Counted from the stretch's first letter, positions 47,776-58,852 are shown. The stretch: 64,000 bases of DNA from Candidatus Limnocylindria bacterium (GCA_041491485.1 JBGPVC010000001.1:6242-70241), one strand, 5' to 3'. Notes: generated by a model from the letters alone, not told the origin. A program made the numbers and translations.

Positions 47776-47807
47776 GACCCCGCCCCTGGCGGGGTCGTTC
47801 GGTTCGG
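47776..47807 (+). terminator. Intrinsic terminator after rplS: 9-bp stem GACCCCGCC-cct-GGCGGGGTC followed by GTTCGGTTCGG
   Basis: Perfect inverted repeat 32 nt after the rplS stop, followed by a relatively T-rich tract. Confidence 0.55.
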
Positions 47808-47822
47808 CTACCCTAGGGACCG

Positions 47823-48608
47823 ATGGCTGCGATCGTCCCGTCACTCCGATTCGAGCGCCGCCTCTGGCGCGACGGGCTGGTCCGCGTGGTGGGCGTCGAC
47901 GAGGTCGGCGTCGCCCCGACCTGCGGCGCGGTGGTGGCCGCGGCCGTGATCATGCGCCCGAACTGCCATCGCATCCCGGGCGTTCGCGACTCGAAGACGC
48001 TGTCGGCCGGGCAACGTGAACGGCTCGCGCCATTGATCCGGGCCCGTGCCGTGGCGGTCGGCGTGGGCGCGGCGTCGGTGCGAGAGATCGACCAGCTGAA
48101 CATCTATCACGCCACGCACCTCGCGATGCGCCGGGCGATCGCAAGAGTGGGCGGACATGATCACGTGCTGGTCGATGGCAATCGCATCGCCGGGTTCGAG
48201 GCCGCGGTCGGGCCGTACTCAAACGTGGTGGATGGCGACGCCAAGGTCTATTCGATCGCCTGCGCCTCGGTCGTGGCCAAAGTCGTCCGCGACCGGATGA
48301 TGGCTCGCCTAGCGGCGCGCCACCCGGGCTACGGCTGGGAGCACAACCAGGGCTATGCCACCCTCGAGCATCGCCGGGCGATCCGGCGGCTCGGGCTCAC
48401 ACCGTTCCACCGGCGCTCGTTCCTGGCGCTGCAGCGCACGCTCGCCGGCGATCAGGTGTCGCTCGATCTGTTCGGGGATGAGCCCGTCGAGGGTCTGCTC
48501 GGTGCGGTCGACGATGCCGGTGAGATCGGGCTCGAGGATCTGGACGGGCTCGAGCCCGAGGTCCAGGAGCTGGATCGGCTCGCGATGGCCGAGGCAATGA
48601 CCGGATAA
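47823..48608 (+). CDS. rnhB: Ribonuclease HII with acidic C-terminal tail
   Basis: VVGVDEVGVAPTCGAVVAAAV (DEDD catalytic Asp/Glu), DSKTLS motif; ~60-aa acidic tail. Confidence 0.9.
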   Translation: MAAIVPSLRFERRLWRDGLVRVVGVDEVGVAPTCGAVVAAAVIMRPNCHRIPGVRDSKTLSAGQRERLAPLIRARAVAVGVGAASVREIDQLNIYHATHLAMRRAIARVGGHDHVLVDGNRIAGFEAAVGPYSNVVDGDAKVYSIACASVVAKVVRDRMMARLAARHPGYGWEHNQGYATLEHRRAIRRLGLTPFHRRSFLALQRTLAGDQVSLDLFGDEPVEGLLGAVDDAGEIGLEDLDGLEPEVQELDRLAMAEAMTG

Positions 48609-48642
48609 GCGCCAGCGAAGCGCGGCGCCCTAGCGTGCCGTC

Positions 48643-49017
48643 GTGCGAACCGATGCTCAGCGCTCTGGTGACGCCGCCGAGAACCTGGTCGCCGACCGAT
48701 TGACCGCGGCGGGATGGACGATCCTGGCACGGAACGTCCACGTCGGACGCTTCGAGCTTGACCTCCTGGCCGTGGATCCGGGCCCACCCGCTTCGCTGGT
48801 TGCGGTGGAGGTTCGCTGGCGAGCGGGTCGAGACTTCGGGTTGCCGGAAGAGACCGTGGATCATCGGAAGCGCAAGAGAGTCCGGTCGGCGGCCTACGGA
48901 CTGCTCCAGCGTGGAGCGCTGCCGGACGGATCGGTCCTGCCGCATCTGCCGCTCCGGTTCGACCTGATCGTGGTGGAGCCGGGGGAACGGGTGCGTCACT
49001 ACCGGCACGCGATGTAG
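48643..49017 (+). CDS. yraN: YraN/UPF0102 family protein (predicted endonuclease fold)
   Basis: GEDAAAxxL and ExDLI motifs of UPF0102; conserved rnhB-yraN pairing; GTG start. Confidence 0.75.
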   Translation: MRTDAQRSGDAAENLVADRLTAAGWTILARNVHVGRFELDLLAVDPGPPASLVAVEVRWRAGRDFGLPEETVDHRKRKRVRSAAYGLLQRGALPDGSVLPHLPLRFDLIVVEPGERVRHYRHAM

Positions 49018-49056
49018 TCAGTCGCGAAGGCGGGAACCGGCCGCCAAACGCTCCCG

Positions 49057-49065
49057 TGCTACACT
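49057..49065 (+). promoter_or_regulatory. Extended -10 (TGcTACACT) promoter of the rpsB-tsf operon, followed by a ~170-nt leader
   Basis: ccgTGcTACACTCCCGCC, nearly identical to the rplS promoter; the long 5' UTR precedes the rpsB GTG at 49237 (SD AGGAGGT). Confidence 0.45.
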
Positions 49066-49236
49066 CCCGCCCGGCCCGGGCTTGCCCGAGTCGCCATTTC
49101 GACGCCCACGTCACCAGGCGTGGAGCTCACACGCGAGCCGTTCCGGCCGGGACGGTGCCGGCACCCGACGAGAATCGGGGTCGGTCCCCGGCGACGAGGC
49201 CCGCGGAGGAACGAACCGAACAGGAGGTCGCTCACC

Positions 49237-50202
49237 GTGCCGTCCGTCTCGATGCGGCAGCTGCTGGAAGCCGGAGTCCACTTCGGCCATCAGACTCGCC
49301 GCTGGAACCCCAAGATGCGCCCGTTCATCTTTGCCGAGCGAAACGGGATCCACATCATCGACCTCGCACAGACCGTGCAGCGCCTGGACGTCGCTCTCGA
49401 GTTCGTCCGCGAAACCGTCGCCCGCGGCGACCAGGTGCTGTTCGTCGGCACCAAGAAGCAGGCCCAGGAGCCGGTCGCGCAAGAGGCCGCACGGGCCAAC
49501 CAGCCATACGTCAACAAGCGCTGGCTGGGCGGCATGCTGACCAACTTCACCACGATCAAGAAGCGCATCGGGCTGCTCGAGCAGCTCGAGGCCCGCCAGG
49601 CCAACGGCGATTTCGACCGGATGACCAAGAAGGAAGCCGCCAAGCTGACCGAGGAGATGGTCAAGCTGCAGGGCACCCTCGGGGGCATGCGCAAGATGAA
49701 GCGGCTGCCGGGCGCGATCTTCATCGTCGACCCGCACCGCGAGCGGATCGGCGTCACCGAGGCCAACAAGCTAGAGATCCCGGTCGTGGGGACCGGCGAC
49801 ACGAACGTCGATCCCGACGAGCTCGACTACATCATCCCGGCCAACGACGACGCCATCCGCGCGATCCGGCTCCTCTGCGCACTCGTCGCCGACGCCGCGA
49901 TCGAGGGCGCCCAGCAGCGGTCCGCGCGAAGCGCGGTCGAGCCCGAGCCGATCGAAGCGATGGCGATGCCGGAGGCTGAGGAAGAGGAACCCGGTGCGAC
50001 CGACGAGCTCGTCGCGGCGCTGGCCGGTGGTGCAGCGCTTTCGTTCGAGCCCGACGTCGACGAGGACGACCTGCTGCCGGGCGACCGTGTCGCCCGAGCG
50101 GAAGCCGCCGTGGCCGAGACGCCGGAAGCCAGCCCGGAGGAGATCGCGGCGGAGCTCGCCCGCGAAGCCGCCGAGAAGGTGGACGAGGCGGCCGCGAGTT
50201 GA
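49237..50202 (+). CDS. rpsB: 30S ribosomal protein S2 with acidic C-terminal extension
   Basis: [25 protein letters not shown]2 signature; ~90-aa Glu/Ala-rich tail. Confidence 0.9.
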   Translation: MPSVSMRQLLEAGVHFGHQTRRWNPKMRPFIFAERNGIHIIDLAQTVQRLDVALEFVRETVARGDQVLFVGTKKQAQEPVAQEAARANQPYVNKRWLGGMLTNFTTIKKRIGLLEQLEARQANGDFDRMTKKEAAKLTEEMVKLQGTLGGMRKMKRLPGAIFIVDPHRERIGVTEANKLEIPVVGTGDTNVDPDELDYIIPANDDAIRAIRLLCALVADAAIEGAQQRSARSAVEPEPIEAMAMPEAEEEEPGATDELVAALAGGAALSFEPDVDEDDLLPGDRVARAEAAVAETPEASPEEIAAELAREAAEKVDEAAAS

Positions 50203-50293
50203 TCATGCCGGCTCGGCGCCGGCCAAACCAACCGGAAAGAGACACGGCGGCTGATCCGACCTGGATGCCGCAGGACAGGGAGTACGAACCAGC

Positions 50294-50893
50294 ATGGCGG
50301 AGATTTCGGCGAGCCTCGTCAAGGAGTTGCGCGACCGGACCGGGGCCGGGTTCATGGACTGCAAGCGCGCTCTCGAGGAATCCGGTGGCGATCTCGACCA
50401 GGCGACCGCGGTCCTCCGCGAGCGAGGATTGGCGGCAGCCGCAAAGAAGGTGGGACGCGAGGCACGCGAGGGCCTCGTCTCGAGCTACATCCACACGGGC
50501 GGTCGGGTCGGTGTCCTGGTCGAGGTCAACTGCGAGACGGACTTCGTGGCCATGACCGACGAGTTCAAGCGCCTCGTCCGCGATCTGGCCGTGCAGGTCG
50601 CGGGCCTCGCCCCGCTCTATGTCGATGCCGACGCCATTCCCGAAGCTGACCTGGCCGCGAAACGCGCCGAGCTGCTGGCCGACGATGCCACGCAGAAGAA
50701 GCCGGAAGCCATCCGCGCCCAGATCGTCGACGGTCAGCTCAAGAAGTGGTACTCGCAGGTCTGCCTCTACGACCAGCCGTTCCGCGACGAGGAGCGGACC
50801 GTGCGCGACCTTGTCAACGAGCGGATCGCGACGATCGGCGAGAACATCCGGGTCCGGCGGTTCACGCGCTACGCGCTCGGGGAGGAGCTGTGA
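50294..50893 (+). CDS. tsf: Elongation factor Ts (short form)
   Basis: N-terminal UBA-like motif [20 protein letters not shown]; 199 aa. Confidence 0.9.
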   Translation: MAEISASLVKELRDRTGAGFMDCKRALEESGGDLDQATAVLRERGLAAAAKKVGREAREGLVSSYIHTGGRVGVLVEVNCETDFVAMTDEFKRLVRDLAVQVAGLAPLYVDADAIPEADLAAKRAELLADDATQKKPEAIRAQIVDGQLKKWYSQVCLYDQPFRDEERTVRDLVNERIATIGENIRVRRFTRYALGEEL

Positions 50894-51669
50894 CCAACGC
50901 GGGCTCGCTGCCGTCGACGGGCGCCGCGCCGCTGCGCTATCGGCGCATCCTGCTCAAGCTGTCCGGGGAAGCCCTGCTCGGCGACCGCCAGTACGGCGTC
51001 GATCCGGCGTTCTGTGCGTTCATCGCCAGGCAGGTCGGCGAGATCCACGCCCTCGGCGTCCAGGTCGGGATCGTGGTCGGCGGTGGCAACATCTTCCGCG
51101 GTCTCGCGGCGTCCGCCCGGGGCATGGACCGGGCGACCGGCGACTACATCGGCATGCTGGCGACCGTGATGAACGGTCTGGCCCTCCAGGATGCCCTCGA
51201 GCGCGCCGGCGTGGCGACCCGGGTCATGACGGCCATCGCCATGAACGAGATCGCCGAGCCGTACATCCGGCGCCGTGCGATCCGTCACATGGAGAAGGGC
51301 CGCGTCACCATCTTCGTCGCTGGAACGGGCAATCCGTACTTCACGACCGATACGGCCGCGGCGCTGCGAGCCGTCGAGATCAACGCCGAGGTTCTGCTCA
51401 AGGCGACCAAGGTTGATGGCGTCTACGATCGCGATCCCATGGCGTACCCCGATGCGCGGCGCTACGCTCAACTGGAATACGCAGACCTGCTCCGAGATCA
51501 GCTGCGCGTGCTCGACGCCACGGCCGTGAGCCTGTGCATGGAGAACGACCTGCCGATCGTCGTGTTCGACCTGAACCAGCCTGACAACATCAAGCGGGTG
51601 GCCACCGGCGAGCCGGTCGGGACCCTCATCTCGGGCGCTTCGAGCGCCGCCGGAGGTGCGCGATCATGA
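50890..51669 (+). CDS. pyrH: UMP kinase
   Basis: Amino-acid-kinase fold motifs ([35 protein letters not shown]); GTGA overlap with tsf. Confidence 0.9.
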   Translation: MTNAGSLPSTGAAPLRYRRILLKLSGEALLGDRQYGVDPAFCAFIARQVGEIHALGVQVGIVVGGGNIFRGLAASARGMDRATGDYIGMLATVMNGLALQDALERAGVATRVMTAIAMNEIAEPYIRRRAIRHMEKGRVTIFVAGTGNPYFTTDTAAALRAVEINAEVLLKATKVDGVYDRDPMAYPDARRYAQLEYADLLRDQLRVLDATAVSLCMENDLPIVVFDLNQPDNIKRVATGEPVGTLISGASSAAGGARS

Positions 51670-52223
51670 GCTCCGAAATCATCGCCGACGCGGATCACAA
51701 GATGGGCCGCGCGGTCGAGGCCATGGAGCGCGACTTCCAGGGCCTTCGGACCGGGCGGGCGTCGACCGCCCTGGTCGAGCGCCTGCACGTGGAGTACTAC
51801 GGCACCTCGACGCCGCTCAACCAGCTTGCCGGCATCAGCGTCCCCGAACCCCACCAGATCGTGATCCAGCCGTGGGATCGCGGTGTTCTCGGCGCCATCG
51901 AGAAGGCCATCCAGAAGAGCGACATCGGCCTGATGCCCAATGTCGACGGGACGGTCGTCCGCCTCAACATTCCGCCGCTGACCGAGGAGCGTCGCAAGGA
52001 CATCGTCCGGAGCGTCCACAGGCGGATGGAAGAAGCCAGGGTCGAGATCCGCAACCTCCGCCGTGACGCTGCCGACCAGCTCAAGCGCGAGGAGAAGGAC
52101 GGCACGATGGGGACCGACGAGGCGCACCGTCAGCTCGAATCGCTGCAGCGGACGACCGACCGGCACATCGCCGACGTCGACCACGTGGGGGCGGCGAAAG
52201 AACAGGAGGTCCTCGAGGTCTAG
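51666..52223 (+). CDS. frr: Ribosome recycling factor
   Basis: RRF signature ([12 protein letters not shown]..., IRNLRRDA...); ATGA overlap with pyrH. Confidence 0.92.
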   Translation: MSSEIIADADHKMGRAVEAMERDFQGLRTGRASTALVERLHVEYYGTSTPLNQLAGISVPEPHQIVIQPWDRGVLGAIEKAIQKSDIGLMPNVDGTVVRLNIPPLTEERRKDIVRSVHRRMEEARVEIRNLRRDAADQLKREEKDGTMGTDEAHRQLESLQRTTDRHIADVDHVGAAKEQEVLEV

Positions 52224-53026
52224 TGGCTCGCGCACCCCTGGCCAGGCCGACCGACGCGCCGCCTGCGGCGCATGAGCCGGCGCGCGAGACGGATCTGGCG
52301 ACGACCGGGTCGCCCGCGGACGTGCCGCCGCTGCTGCCCAGCGAGGAGCTCCCCCGGCACGTCGCGATCATCATGGACGGCAATCGCCGCTGGGCTCGCC
52401 TGCGCGACCTGTCCGAGCTCGACGGGCATGCGGCCGGCGTCGAGGCCATCCGAGAGCTGCTGCGGCACGCGGTCCGGCGAGGCGTCCCGGTGATGACCCT
52501 GTATGCGTTCAGCCGCGAGAACTGGGCCCGTTCCGACGAGGAAGTCACGGGTCTCTTCGGCCTCCTGGAGGCTGCCGTCCGGAGCGAGACCGCGGAACTT
52601 CGCGCGCAGGGCGTCCGCATCAGGCTCCTCGGCCGCCTCGACGAGTTGCCCAAAGCCACGCGCGAGTCGATCGAAGAGGCGCTCGGGGCGACCGCCGGCG
52701 GCGAGCGGCTGCTGCTGAACATCGCCTTCAACTACGCCGGCCGGACCGAGCTCGTGGACGCCTTCCGCCGGCTTGCCGCCAGTGGCATCGGGGCCGACGA
52801 AATCGACGAAGCGGCAATCAGCGCCTCGCTATACACCGCCGGCCTGCCCGATCCGGACCTGGTCATCCGGACCGGTGGCGAACAACGCCTGTCGAACTTC
52901 CTGATCTGGCAGTCGGCGTATGCCGAGTTCTATTCGTGCGATGCCCTCTGGCCCGACTTCGGGCCGGACGCCTTCGATGCGGCCCTTCTGGAGTTCGCTC
53001 GCCGCCATCGTCGCTTCGGCCGCTGA
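52223..53026 (+). CDS. uppS: Isoprenyl transferase (undecaprenyl pyrophosphate synthase)
   Basis: HVAIIMDGNRRWA and RTGGEQRLSNFLIWQSAYAEF cis-prenyltransferase motifs. Confidence 0.9.
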   Translation: MARAPLARPTDAPPAAHEPARETDLATTGSPADVPPLLPSEELPRHVAIIMDGNRRWARLRDLSELDGHAAGVEAIRELLRHAVRRGVPVMTLYAFSRENWARSDEEVTGLFGLLEAAVRSETAELRAQGVRIRLLGRLDELPKATRESIEEALGATAGGERLLLNIAFNYAGRTELVDAFRRLAASGIGADEIDEAAISASLYTAGLPDPDLVIRTGGEQRLSNFLIWQSAYAEFYSCDALWPDFGPDAFDAALLEFARRHRRFGR

Positions 53027-53047
53027 CCGGGCCGGAGGCAACGCCCC

Positions 53048-53875
53048 ATGCGTGAGCGTGCGATCAGCGCCGCAGTGCTGGTCCCGGTCCTGCTCCTGGT
53101 CCTCGCCATCGGCGGGCCCGTGATCGGCGCGGCCGTGGCCCTGGCCACGGCGCTCGCCGCGATCGAGGTCTTCCGCCTGCTCCGATCGGCCGGGTACACC
53201 ACGTTCTCGGCGTTGGGTACGGCGCTCGCCCTCGTGATCGTGCTCGACGCCGCCTTTCCCGAGGTGCTCGAGGGAAGCGGCCTGCTGCTCGGAGCGGTCG
53301 GGATCGTGCTCGTCGCGGTCGCGTCCTTTTCGCGGCCCGATCCGCGCGACGGGCTCGCGATCTGGATGGCCACGATCTTCGGGGCCCTGTACGTGTCGCT
53401 GCTGTCATTCGTGGTCCGCCTCGGGCACGCCGCGCCGGGCCTTTCGGCCGATGCGCCACTGCACTGGCTGGGACCCGAACGAGGCTGGATCCTCCTGCTC
53501 GTGCTGGCGGTCTGGTCGTACGACACGGGCGCGTACCTGGTTGGTCGGAACTTCGGCCGGACCCGGTTCCTGACCCACATCTCGCCGTCGAAGACCGTCG
53601 AGGGCCTCGTCGGGGGCGTCGTGGCCACCACGGTCGTGGTCGGGCTCCTCCTCTTCGCGCTCGGCCAGAACCCGCTCCATGCCGTGGCGCTCGGTCCGCT
53701 GACGGCCCTGGCCGCCCAGGCCGGCGACCTGGCCGAATCGACCATCAAGCGAGCGGCCGGCGCGCGCGACTCCGGCACGCTCATTCCCGGGCATGGCGGG
53801 ATCCTCGACCGCGTCGACTCGTTCCTGTTCGCGGCCCCGGTAGTGACCCTCTATGTCCTCGCCCTCATCGCCTGA
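53048..53875 (+). CDS. cdsA: Phosphatidate cytidylyltransferase
   Basis: Multi-TM protein with C-terminal CTP-transferase signature (...SxxKRxxGxKDxGxxIPGHGGxLDRxDS...). Confidence 0.85.
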   Translation: MRERAISAAVLVPVLLLVLAIGGPVIGAAVALATALAAIEVFRLLRSAGYTTFSALGTALALVIVLDAAFPEVLEGSGLLLGAVGIVLVAVASFSRPDPRDGLAIWMATIFGALYVSLLSFVVRLGHAAPGLSADAPLHWLGPERGWILLLVLAVWSYDTGAYLVGRNFGRTRFLTHISPSKTVEGLVGGVVATTVVVGLLLFALGQNPLHAVALGPLTALAAQAGDLAESTIKRAAGARDSGTLIPGHGGILDRVDSFLFAAPVVTLYVLALIA

Positions 53876-55088
53876 CCGCGGCGGGCGCCGTCGGGTCGCG
53901 CTGCTCGGATCCACGGGTTCGATCGGCCGGCAGGCCATCGACGTGCTCGCCGCACACCGGGATGCCTTCGACGTGGTCGCACTGGCGGCCGGTTCGGCGG
54001 GTGCGCGATTGGCCGAACAGGCATGGCTCCTGCGGCCGGCAGCGGTTGCCCTGGCAGACGAGGGGGCGCTTGCCCGGCTCGACCTCCCGGCCGGCGTGGA
54101 ACGGGTCGGCGGCGCGGATGCCCTGGAGGCGCTCGCCACTCGTGACGACGTCGACGTCGTGGTGGTCGGGGCAGGCGGCATGGTCAGCCTCCGGCCGGTC
54201 ATCGCGGCGCTTCGCGCCGGCAAGGTCGTGGCCACGGCCAACAAGGAGACCCTGGTGGCCGGTGGTCACCTGGTCATGCCGCTCGCCCGCGATCTGGCCG
54301 CACGAAGCGCGACGGCCGATCCGCGCGACCCGTACGCGAGCCCGCTGGCCTGGCTCCGGCCGATCGACTCCGAGCACTCGGCGATCTGGCAATGCCTGGC
54401 CGGGGAACGGTTGGGGGCGATCGCCGCGCTGATCCTGACCGCCTCCGGTGGGCCCTTCCTCGATGCCAGCGAGGACGCGCTCGCCCTGGTGACCCCGGAG
54501 CAGGCGCTCCGCCATCCAACCTGGTCCATGGGGGCCAAGATCACGATCGACTCGGCGTCGCTGGTCAACAAGGGGCTGGAGGTCATCGAAGCACACTGGC
54601 TGTACGATGTCGCCTTCGACGCCATCGAGGTGGTGATCCACCCGCAGAGCGTCGTCCACTCCGCCGTCCGCTTCGTCGACGGTTCCCTCAAGGCCCAATT
54701 GGGCAACCCGGATATGCGAGTTCCCATCCAGTACGCGTTGACCTTCCCGGAGCGGCGTCCGTCGCCGGCTACGGCACCCGATCTCGCCGACATCGCCCGG
54801 CTGGACTTCCGGGCGCCCGATGAAGCGCGGTTCCCGGCGTTGCGGATCGCCCGTCGGGCGGGCATGAGCGGACCCTGGGCGTCGGCGGCGCTGATCTCCG
54901 CCGACGAGGTCGCGGTCGCTCGCTTCCTGTCCGGAACCCTCGACTTCCCGGGGATCCCGCGCCTGCTCGAGGCTGCCGTCGCCCGGTTCGGATCGACCGG
55001 GGGCGAGCCCGGTCTGGACGATCTGGAACAGCTCGACCGCGCGATCCGGGAGGCCTACGCCAGCGGCACCGCGGGGGCGGTGTCATGA
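53853..55088 (+). CDS. dxr: 1-deoxy-D-xylulose 5-phosphate reductoisomerase
   Basis: NADPH-binding LGSTGSIG; DXR fold throughout; start could be slightly downstream of 53853. Confidence 0.9.
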   Translation: MSSPSSPDRGGRRRVALLGSTGSIGRQAIDVLAAHRDAFDVVALAAGSAGARLAEQAWLLRPAAVALADEGALARLDLPAGVERVGGADALEALATRDDVDVVVVGAGGMVSLRPVIAALRAGKVVATANKETLVAGGHLVMPLARDLAARSATADPRDPYASPLAWLRPIDSEHSAIWQCLAGERLGAIAALILTASGGPFLDASEDALALVTPEQALRHPTWSMGAKITIDSASLVNKGLEVIEAHWLYDVAFDAIEVVIHPQSVVHSAVRFVDGSLKAQLGNPDMRVPIQYALTFPERRPSPATAPDLADIARLDFRAPDEARFPALRIARRAGMSGPWASAALISADEVAVARFLSGTLDFPGIPRLLEAAVARFGSTGGEPGLDDLEQLDRAIREAYASGTAGAVS

Positions 55089-56182
55089 CCGGATTCGCCC
55101 AGTCGGTCGTCACCATCGTCCTGTTCGTCCTGATCCTGGGTGTGCTGGTCCTCATCCATGAGCTCGGCCACTTCGTCACGGCCCGGCTGGCGCGGGTGCG
55201 CGTCCTGGAGTTCGGAGTGGGCTTCCCGCCCCGGGCCAAGGTGCTTGGCAATCGCGGTGAGACGCTCTACACGCTCAACTGGCTGCCGATCGGCGGGTTC
55301 GTCAAGCTCGAGGGCGAGGACGGCGAGGAGGATGCGGACCCGCGCTCGTTCGCGGCGCAGCGGCTGCCGACGAAGCTGCTCATCCTCGTCGCCGGCGTCG
55401 TCATGAACGTCGTGCTGTCGTTCGCGATCTTCACCGGGATCGCCCTGGGAGGCGATCCGACGATCGGGTTCCGCGTCGGCACGGTCCAGCCGGACTCACC
55501 GGCGGCCGCCGCGGGCCTCCAGGCGGGTGACGTCGTCGCCAGCATCGACGGTCGGTACCGCGGCGCCTTCGAGGGGACCTCGCTCCTGGAGGATCTCCGG
55601 GCCAGCGCCGGGAAGACCGTGCGCCTCGGGATCGAGCATCCAGACGGGTCCAGGGCGGACGTGAGCGTCACGCTGCGCTCCCAGGCGCAGATCGACCAGT
55701 ACCACGGGGCCCTCGGTATCGAGCGACCCGCCGCCACGACCACCAGCGGGTCCATCCACTACGCGTTCGGTGACGCCCTCGGTGTCGGAGCGCAGCGGAC
55801 GGTCGACGCGCTCGGCCTGATCGTCGGCGGCCTGGGCCAGCTCGGCGACTCGATCGTCAACCGGCCGACAGAGCCACCGCCGGTCGCCGGACCGGTTGGG
55901 ATCGCCACCCAGATCGGCGACGTGTTCTGGCAGCTCGGTCCGATCATCACCCTGTACGTCGCCGGGATCCTGTCGGCCAACCTGGCGGTCGTGAACGTCC
56001 TGCCGTTCCCTCCACTCGACGGCGGCCGGATGCTGGTCATCACGCTCAAGCGAATCTTCGGCACGCGGATCAGCCTCCGCGCCGAGCGCCTGACGTACGT
56101 CGTCGGCTTCGTCTTCCTGTTCGCCTTCCTGATCTGGATCACCGGATTCGACATCGTCCGGAGCCTCGGCGGCGGGACATGA
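55085..56182 (+). CDS. rseP: RIP (site-2 protease) zinc metalloprotease RseP
   Basis: HELGHF zinc motif in TM1, PDZ domain, LDGG motif in the C-terminal TM; ATGA overlap with dxr. Confidence 0.85.
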   Translation: MTGFAQSVVTIVLFVLILGVLVLIHELGHFVTARLARVRVLEFGVGFPPRAKVLGNRGETLYTLNWLPIGGFVKLEGEDGEEDADPRSFAAQRLPTKLLILVAGVVMNVVLSFAIFTGIALGGDPTIGFRVGTVQPDSPAAAAGLQAGDVVASIDGRYRGAFEGTSLLEDLRASAGKTVRLGIEHPDGSRADVSVTLRSQAQIDQYHGALGIERPAATTTSGSIHYAFGDALGVGAQRTVDALGLIVGGLGQLGDSIVNRPTEPPPVAGPVGIATQIGDVFWQLGPIITLYVAGILSANLAVVNVLPFPPLDGGRMLVITLKRIFGTRISLRAERLTYVVGFVFLFAFLIWITGFDIVRSLGGGT

Positions 56183-57414
56183 CCGACGCACCGGATCGTC
56201 GTCCACAGCGGCGACCGACAGTCAGCGTCGACGTCGGTGGCGTGCTCGTCGGCAGCGCACATCCAATCGTCGTCCAATCGATGACCAATACGGACACGGC
56301 GGACCCGGACTCGACCGCGATCCAGGTCGCCCGGCTCGCCCACGCCGGCTCACAGCTGGTCCGGGTGACGGTCAACACCGAGGAGGCCGCGGCCGCGGTT
56401 CCCGAGATGGTCCGCAAGGTCCGCGGCCTCGGCGTCGACGTCCCGATCATCGGCGACTTCCACTACAACGGGCACAAGCTGCTGTCCGAATACCCGGAGA
56501 TGGCCGCTGCCCTGGCCAAGTACCGGATCAATCCGGGCAACGTGGGCGCCAAGCGCCACGACGAGCATTTCGCGACCATCGTCAGGATCGCCATCGACAA
56601 CGATGTGCCGGTCCGGATCGGGGTCAACTGGGGGTCGCTTGACCAGGCGATCCTGACCGAGCTGATGGACGCCAACGCAGGCTCGCCGGAGCCCCTCGAC
56701 GCGCGTGACGTGATGATCGAGGCGATGCTCCAGTCGGCCACCCGGTCGGCCGAGCTGGCCGAGGCGACCGGCCTGCGCCATGACCGGATCATCCTGTCGG
56801 CCAAGGTCTCGGGCGTCCGCGACCTGGTCGACACCTACCGCCTCCTCGCGGCCCGCACGGACTTCCCGCTGCACCTCGGCCTGACCGAGGCCGGGATGGG
56901 CGACAAGGGGATCGTCGCCTCGACGGCCGGCCTGGCGATCTTGCTCAACGAGGGAATCGGCGACACGATCCGGGTCTCCCTGACCCCCGAGCCAGGTGCC
57001 CCGCGCGAGCGGGAGGTGGAGATCGCCCAGCAGGTGCTCCAGTCGCTCGGCCTTCGCTCGTTCCTGCCGCAGGTCAGCGCTTGCCCCGGCTGCGGGCGCA
57101 CGACCTCGACCTTCTTCCAGGAGATGGCCCAGCAGATCCAGGGCTACCTCAAGCAGCGCATGCCCGAATGGCGGGAGACCCATCCGGGCGCGGAAGACCT
57201 GCGCGTCGCGGTCATGGGCTGCGTCGTCAACGGGCCCGGCGAATCCAAGCACGCCGATATCGGGATCAGCCTGCCGGGCACGTTCGAGGCACCCATCGCT
57301 CCGGTGTTCATCGACGGCCGGCTGGACCGCACCCTGCGGGGCGATGACCTGGTCGCCGAGTTCATCGAGATCCTCGAGGGGTATGTGGCGGAGCGCTTCC
57401 CGACGCCGGCCTGA
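56179..57414 (+). CDS. ispG: 4-hydroxy-3-methylbut-2-enyl diphosphate synthase (IspG/GcpE)
   Basis: TIM-barrel N-domain and C-terminal [4Fe-4S] ligands (CPGCGRT...GCVVNGPGE). Confidence 0.9.
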   Translation: MTDAPDRRPQRRPTVSVDVGGVLVGSAHPIVVQSMTNTDTADPDSTAIQVARLAHAGSQLVRVTVNTEEAAAAVPEMVRKVRGLGVDVPIIGDFHYNGHKLLSEYPEMAAALAKYRINPGNVGAKRHDEHFATIVRIAIDNDVPVRIGVNWGSLDQAILTELMDANAGSPEPLDARDVMIEAMLQSATRSAELAEATGLRHDRIILSAKVSGVRDLVDTYRLLAARTDFPLHLGLTEAGMGDKGIVASTAGLAILLNEGIGDTIRVSLTPEPGAPREREVEIAQQVLQSLGLRSFLPQVSACPGCGRTTSTFFQEMAQQIQGYLKQRMPEWRETHPGAEDLRVAVMGCVVNGPGESKHADIGISLPGTFEAPIAPVFIDGRLDRTLRGDDLVAEFIEILEGYVAERFPTPA

Positions 57415-57439
57415 GCGTTGAGGCGTCCACGCTCCCGGG

Positions 57440-57447
57440 TGTATACT
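57440..57447 (+). promoter_or_regulatory. -10 TGTATACT + TCGCGC ahead of nusA
   Basis: ggTGTATACTTCGCGC, 25 nt after the ispG stop and ~95 nt before the nusA GTG. Confidence 0.4.
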
Positions 57448-57473
57448 TCGCGCAACTGAACGGCCGCTCCGCG

Positions 57474-57500
57474 ACGTGGGTGACCCCCACGTTTCTTTTT
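57474..57500 (+). terminator. Intrinsic terminator/attenuator inside the nusA 5' leader: 7-bp stem ACGTGGG-tgacc-CCCACGT + TTCTTTTT
   Basis: Perfect hairpin immediately followed by an 8-nt T-rich tract (unique in this 70 % GC window), located between the putative promoter (57442) and the nusA SD/GTG (57540). Confidence 0.5.
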
Positions 57501-57539
57501 GAGCGGCACACGCGAATCGCACAACGAACGGAGGCCATC

Positions 57540-58847
57540 GTGAGTCGAGACTTCGTCGGTGCCCTCCTCCAGCTCAATGCCGAGAAGCAGATCTCCCGCG
57601 AACAGCTCATCGGAGCTGTCGAGGACGGGATCCAGTCGGCCTATCGCCGGGTCGCGGGAGACGAGGACATCCACGTCCGGATCGATGCCGAGACCGGCAA
57701 GATCCGGGTCTTCCGCGCGCGCCGAGTCGTGGCCGAGATCGAGGACGACCTGACCGAGATGACGGTCGACCAGGCACGCGCCTACGACCAGAAGGCGAAG
57801 GTCGGCGACCTGGTCGAGACCGAGCAGCTCGACGGCGACGTGTTCGGCCGGATCGGCGCCCAGACCGCCAAGCAGATCGTCTTGCAGCGCATCCGTGAGG
57901 TCGAGCGCGACCAGGTGTTCGACCAGTTCGCCAGCCGCGAGGGCGAGCTCATGACCGGGACCGTCAATCGGGTGGAGCCGAGGGCGATCATCCTCGACGT
58001 CGGCAAGAACGTGGAGGCGATCCTGGCGACCACCGAGCAGTCGGCGCTCGAGCACTACCGGATCGGCCAGAACGTCAAGGCCTTCGTGCTCGAGGTGCGG
58101 CGCTCCACGAAGGGCCCGCAGATCTTCGTGAGCCGAACCCACAAGGGCTTCCTCAGGCGGCTCTTCGAGCTGGAAGTGCCCGAGATTCACAGCGGGACGG
58201 TCGAGATCAAGGCGATCGCCCGAGAGGCGGGCAGCCGTTCGAAAGTGGCGGTCACGTCGCGCCAGGATGGCCTCGACCCGGTCGGCGCGACGGTCGGCCA
58301 GCGCGGCGCGCGCGTCCAGGCGGTCGTCGCCGAACTGTCGGGAGAGAAGATCGACGTCATCCCGTGGAGCGACGATCCGGCGGTGTTCGTGGCCAATGCG
58401 CTGAGCCCGGCCCAGGTCATCTCGGTCGACATCGACGAAGAGCACCGGATCGCGAGCGTGACCGTCCCGGAGCGGATGCTCTCGCTCGCGATCGGCCGCG
58501 AGGGCCAGAATGCCCGCCTGGCCGCACGCCTGACCGGCTGGCGGATCGACATCCGCAGTGACGTGTCGGTGGCCGAGGCACGCGCCGCGGCGACCGAGAC
58601 CGCCAACGCGGGGCGACCGCCGGCGCCGAGCGCGCCGATCGAGGCACCCGCCGTGAGCGAGGACGCCGCGCCTGCGCAAGAGCCCGTCGCCGCGGGTAAG
58701 CCGAAGCGGACGACAAAGAAAGCCGCTGCAGCGGCGGTAGAGCTCAAGGCCGACGACCTGGTTGCCGCGTCCGCCGTCGCATCGGCCGTGAAGCCGAAAC
58801 GCGCACCAAAGAAGGCCGCCACGCCATCCGAAGGGGTGGCATCGTAG
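57540..58847 (+). CDS. nusA: Transcription termination/antitermination factor NusA
   Basis: N-terminal RNAP-binding domain, S1 domain and two KH domains; Ala/Pro-rich C-terminal tail; GTG start with SD AACGGAGG. Confidence 0.9.
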   Translation: MSRDFVGALLQLNAEKQISREQLIGAVEDGIQSAYRRVAGDEDIHVRIDAETGKIRVFRARRVVAEIEDDLTEMTVDQARAYDQKAKVGDLVETEQLDGDVFGRIGAQTAKQIVLQRIREVERDQVFDQFASREGELMTGTVNRVEPRAIILDVGKNVEAILATTEQSALEHYRIGQNVKAFVLEVRRSTKGPQIFVSRTHKGFLRRLFELEVPEIHSGTVEIKAIAREAGSRSKVAVTSRQDGLDPVGATVGQRGARVQAVVAELSGEKIDVIPWSDDPAVFVANALSPAQVISVDIDEEHRIASVTVPERMLSLAIGREGQNARLAARLTGWRIDIRSDVSVAEARAAATETANAGRPPAPSAPIEAPAVSEDAAPAQEPVAAGKPKRTTKKAAAAAVELKADDLVAASAVASAVKPKRAPKKAATPSEGVAS

Positions 58848-58852
58848 GCCGG

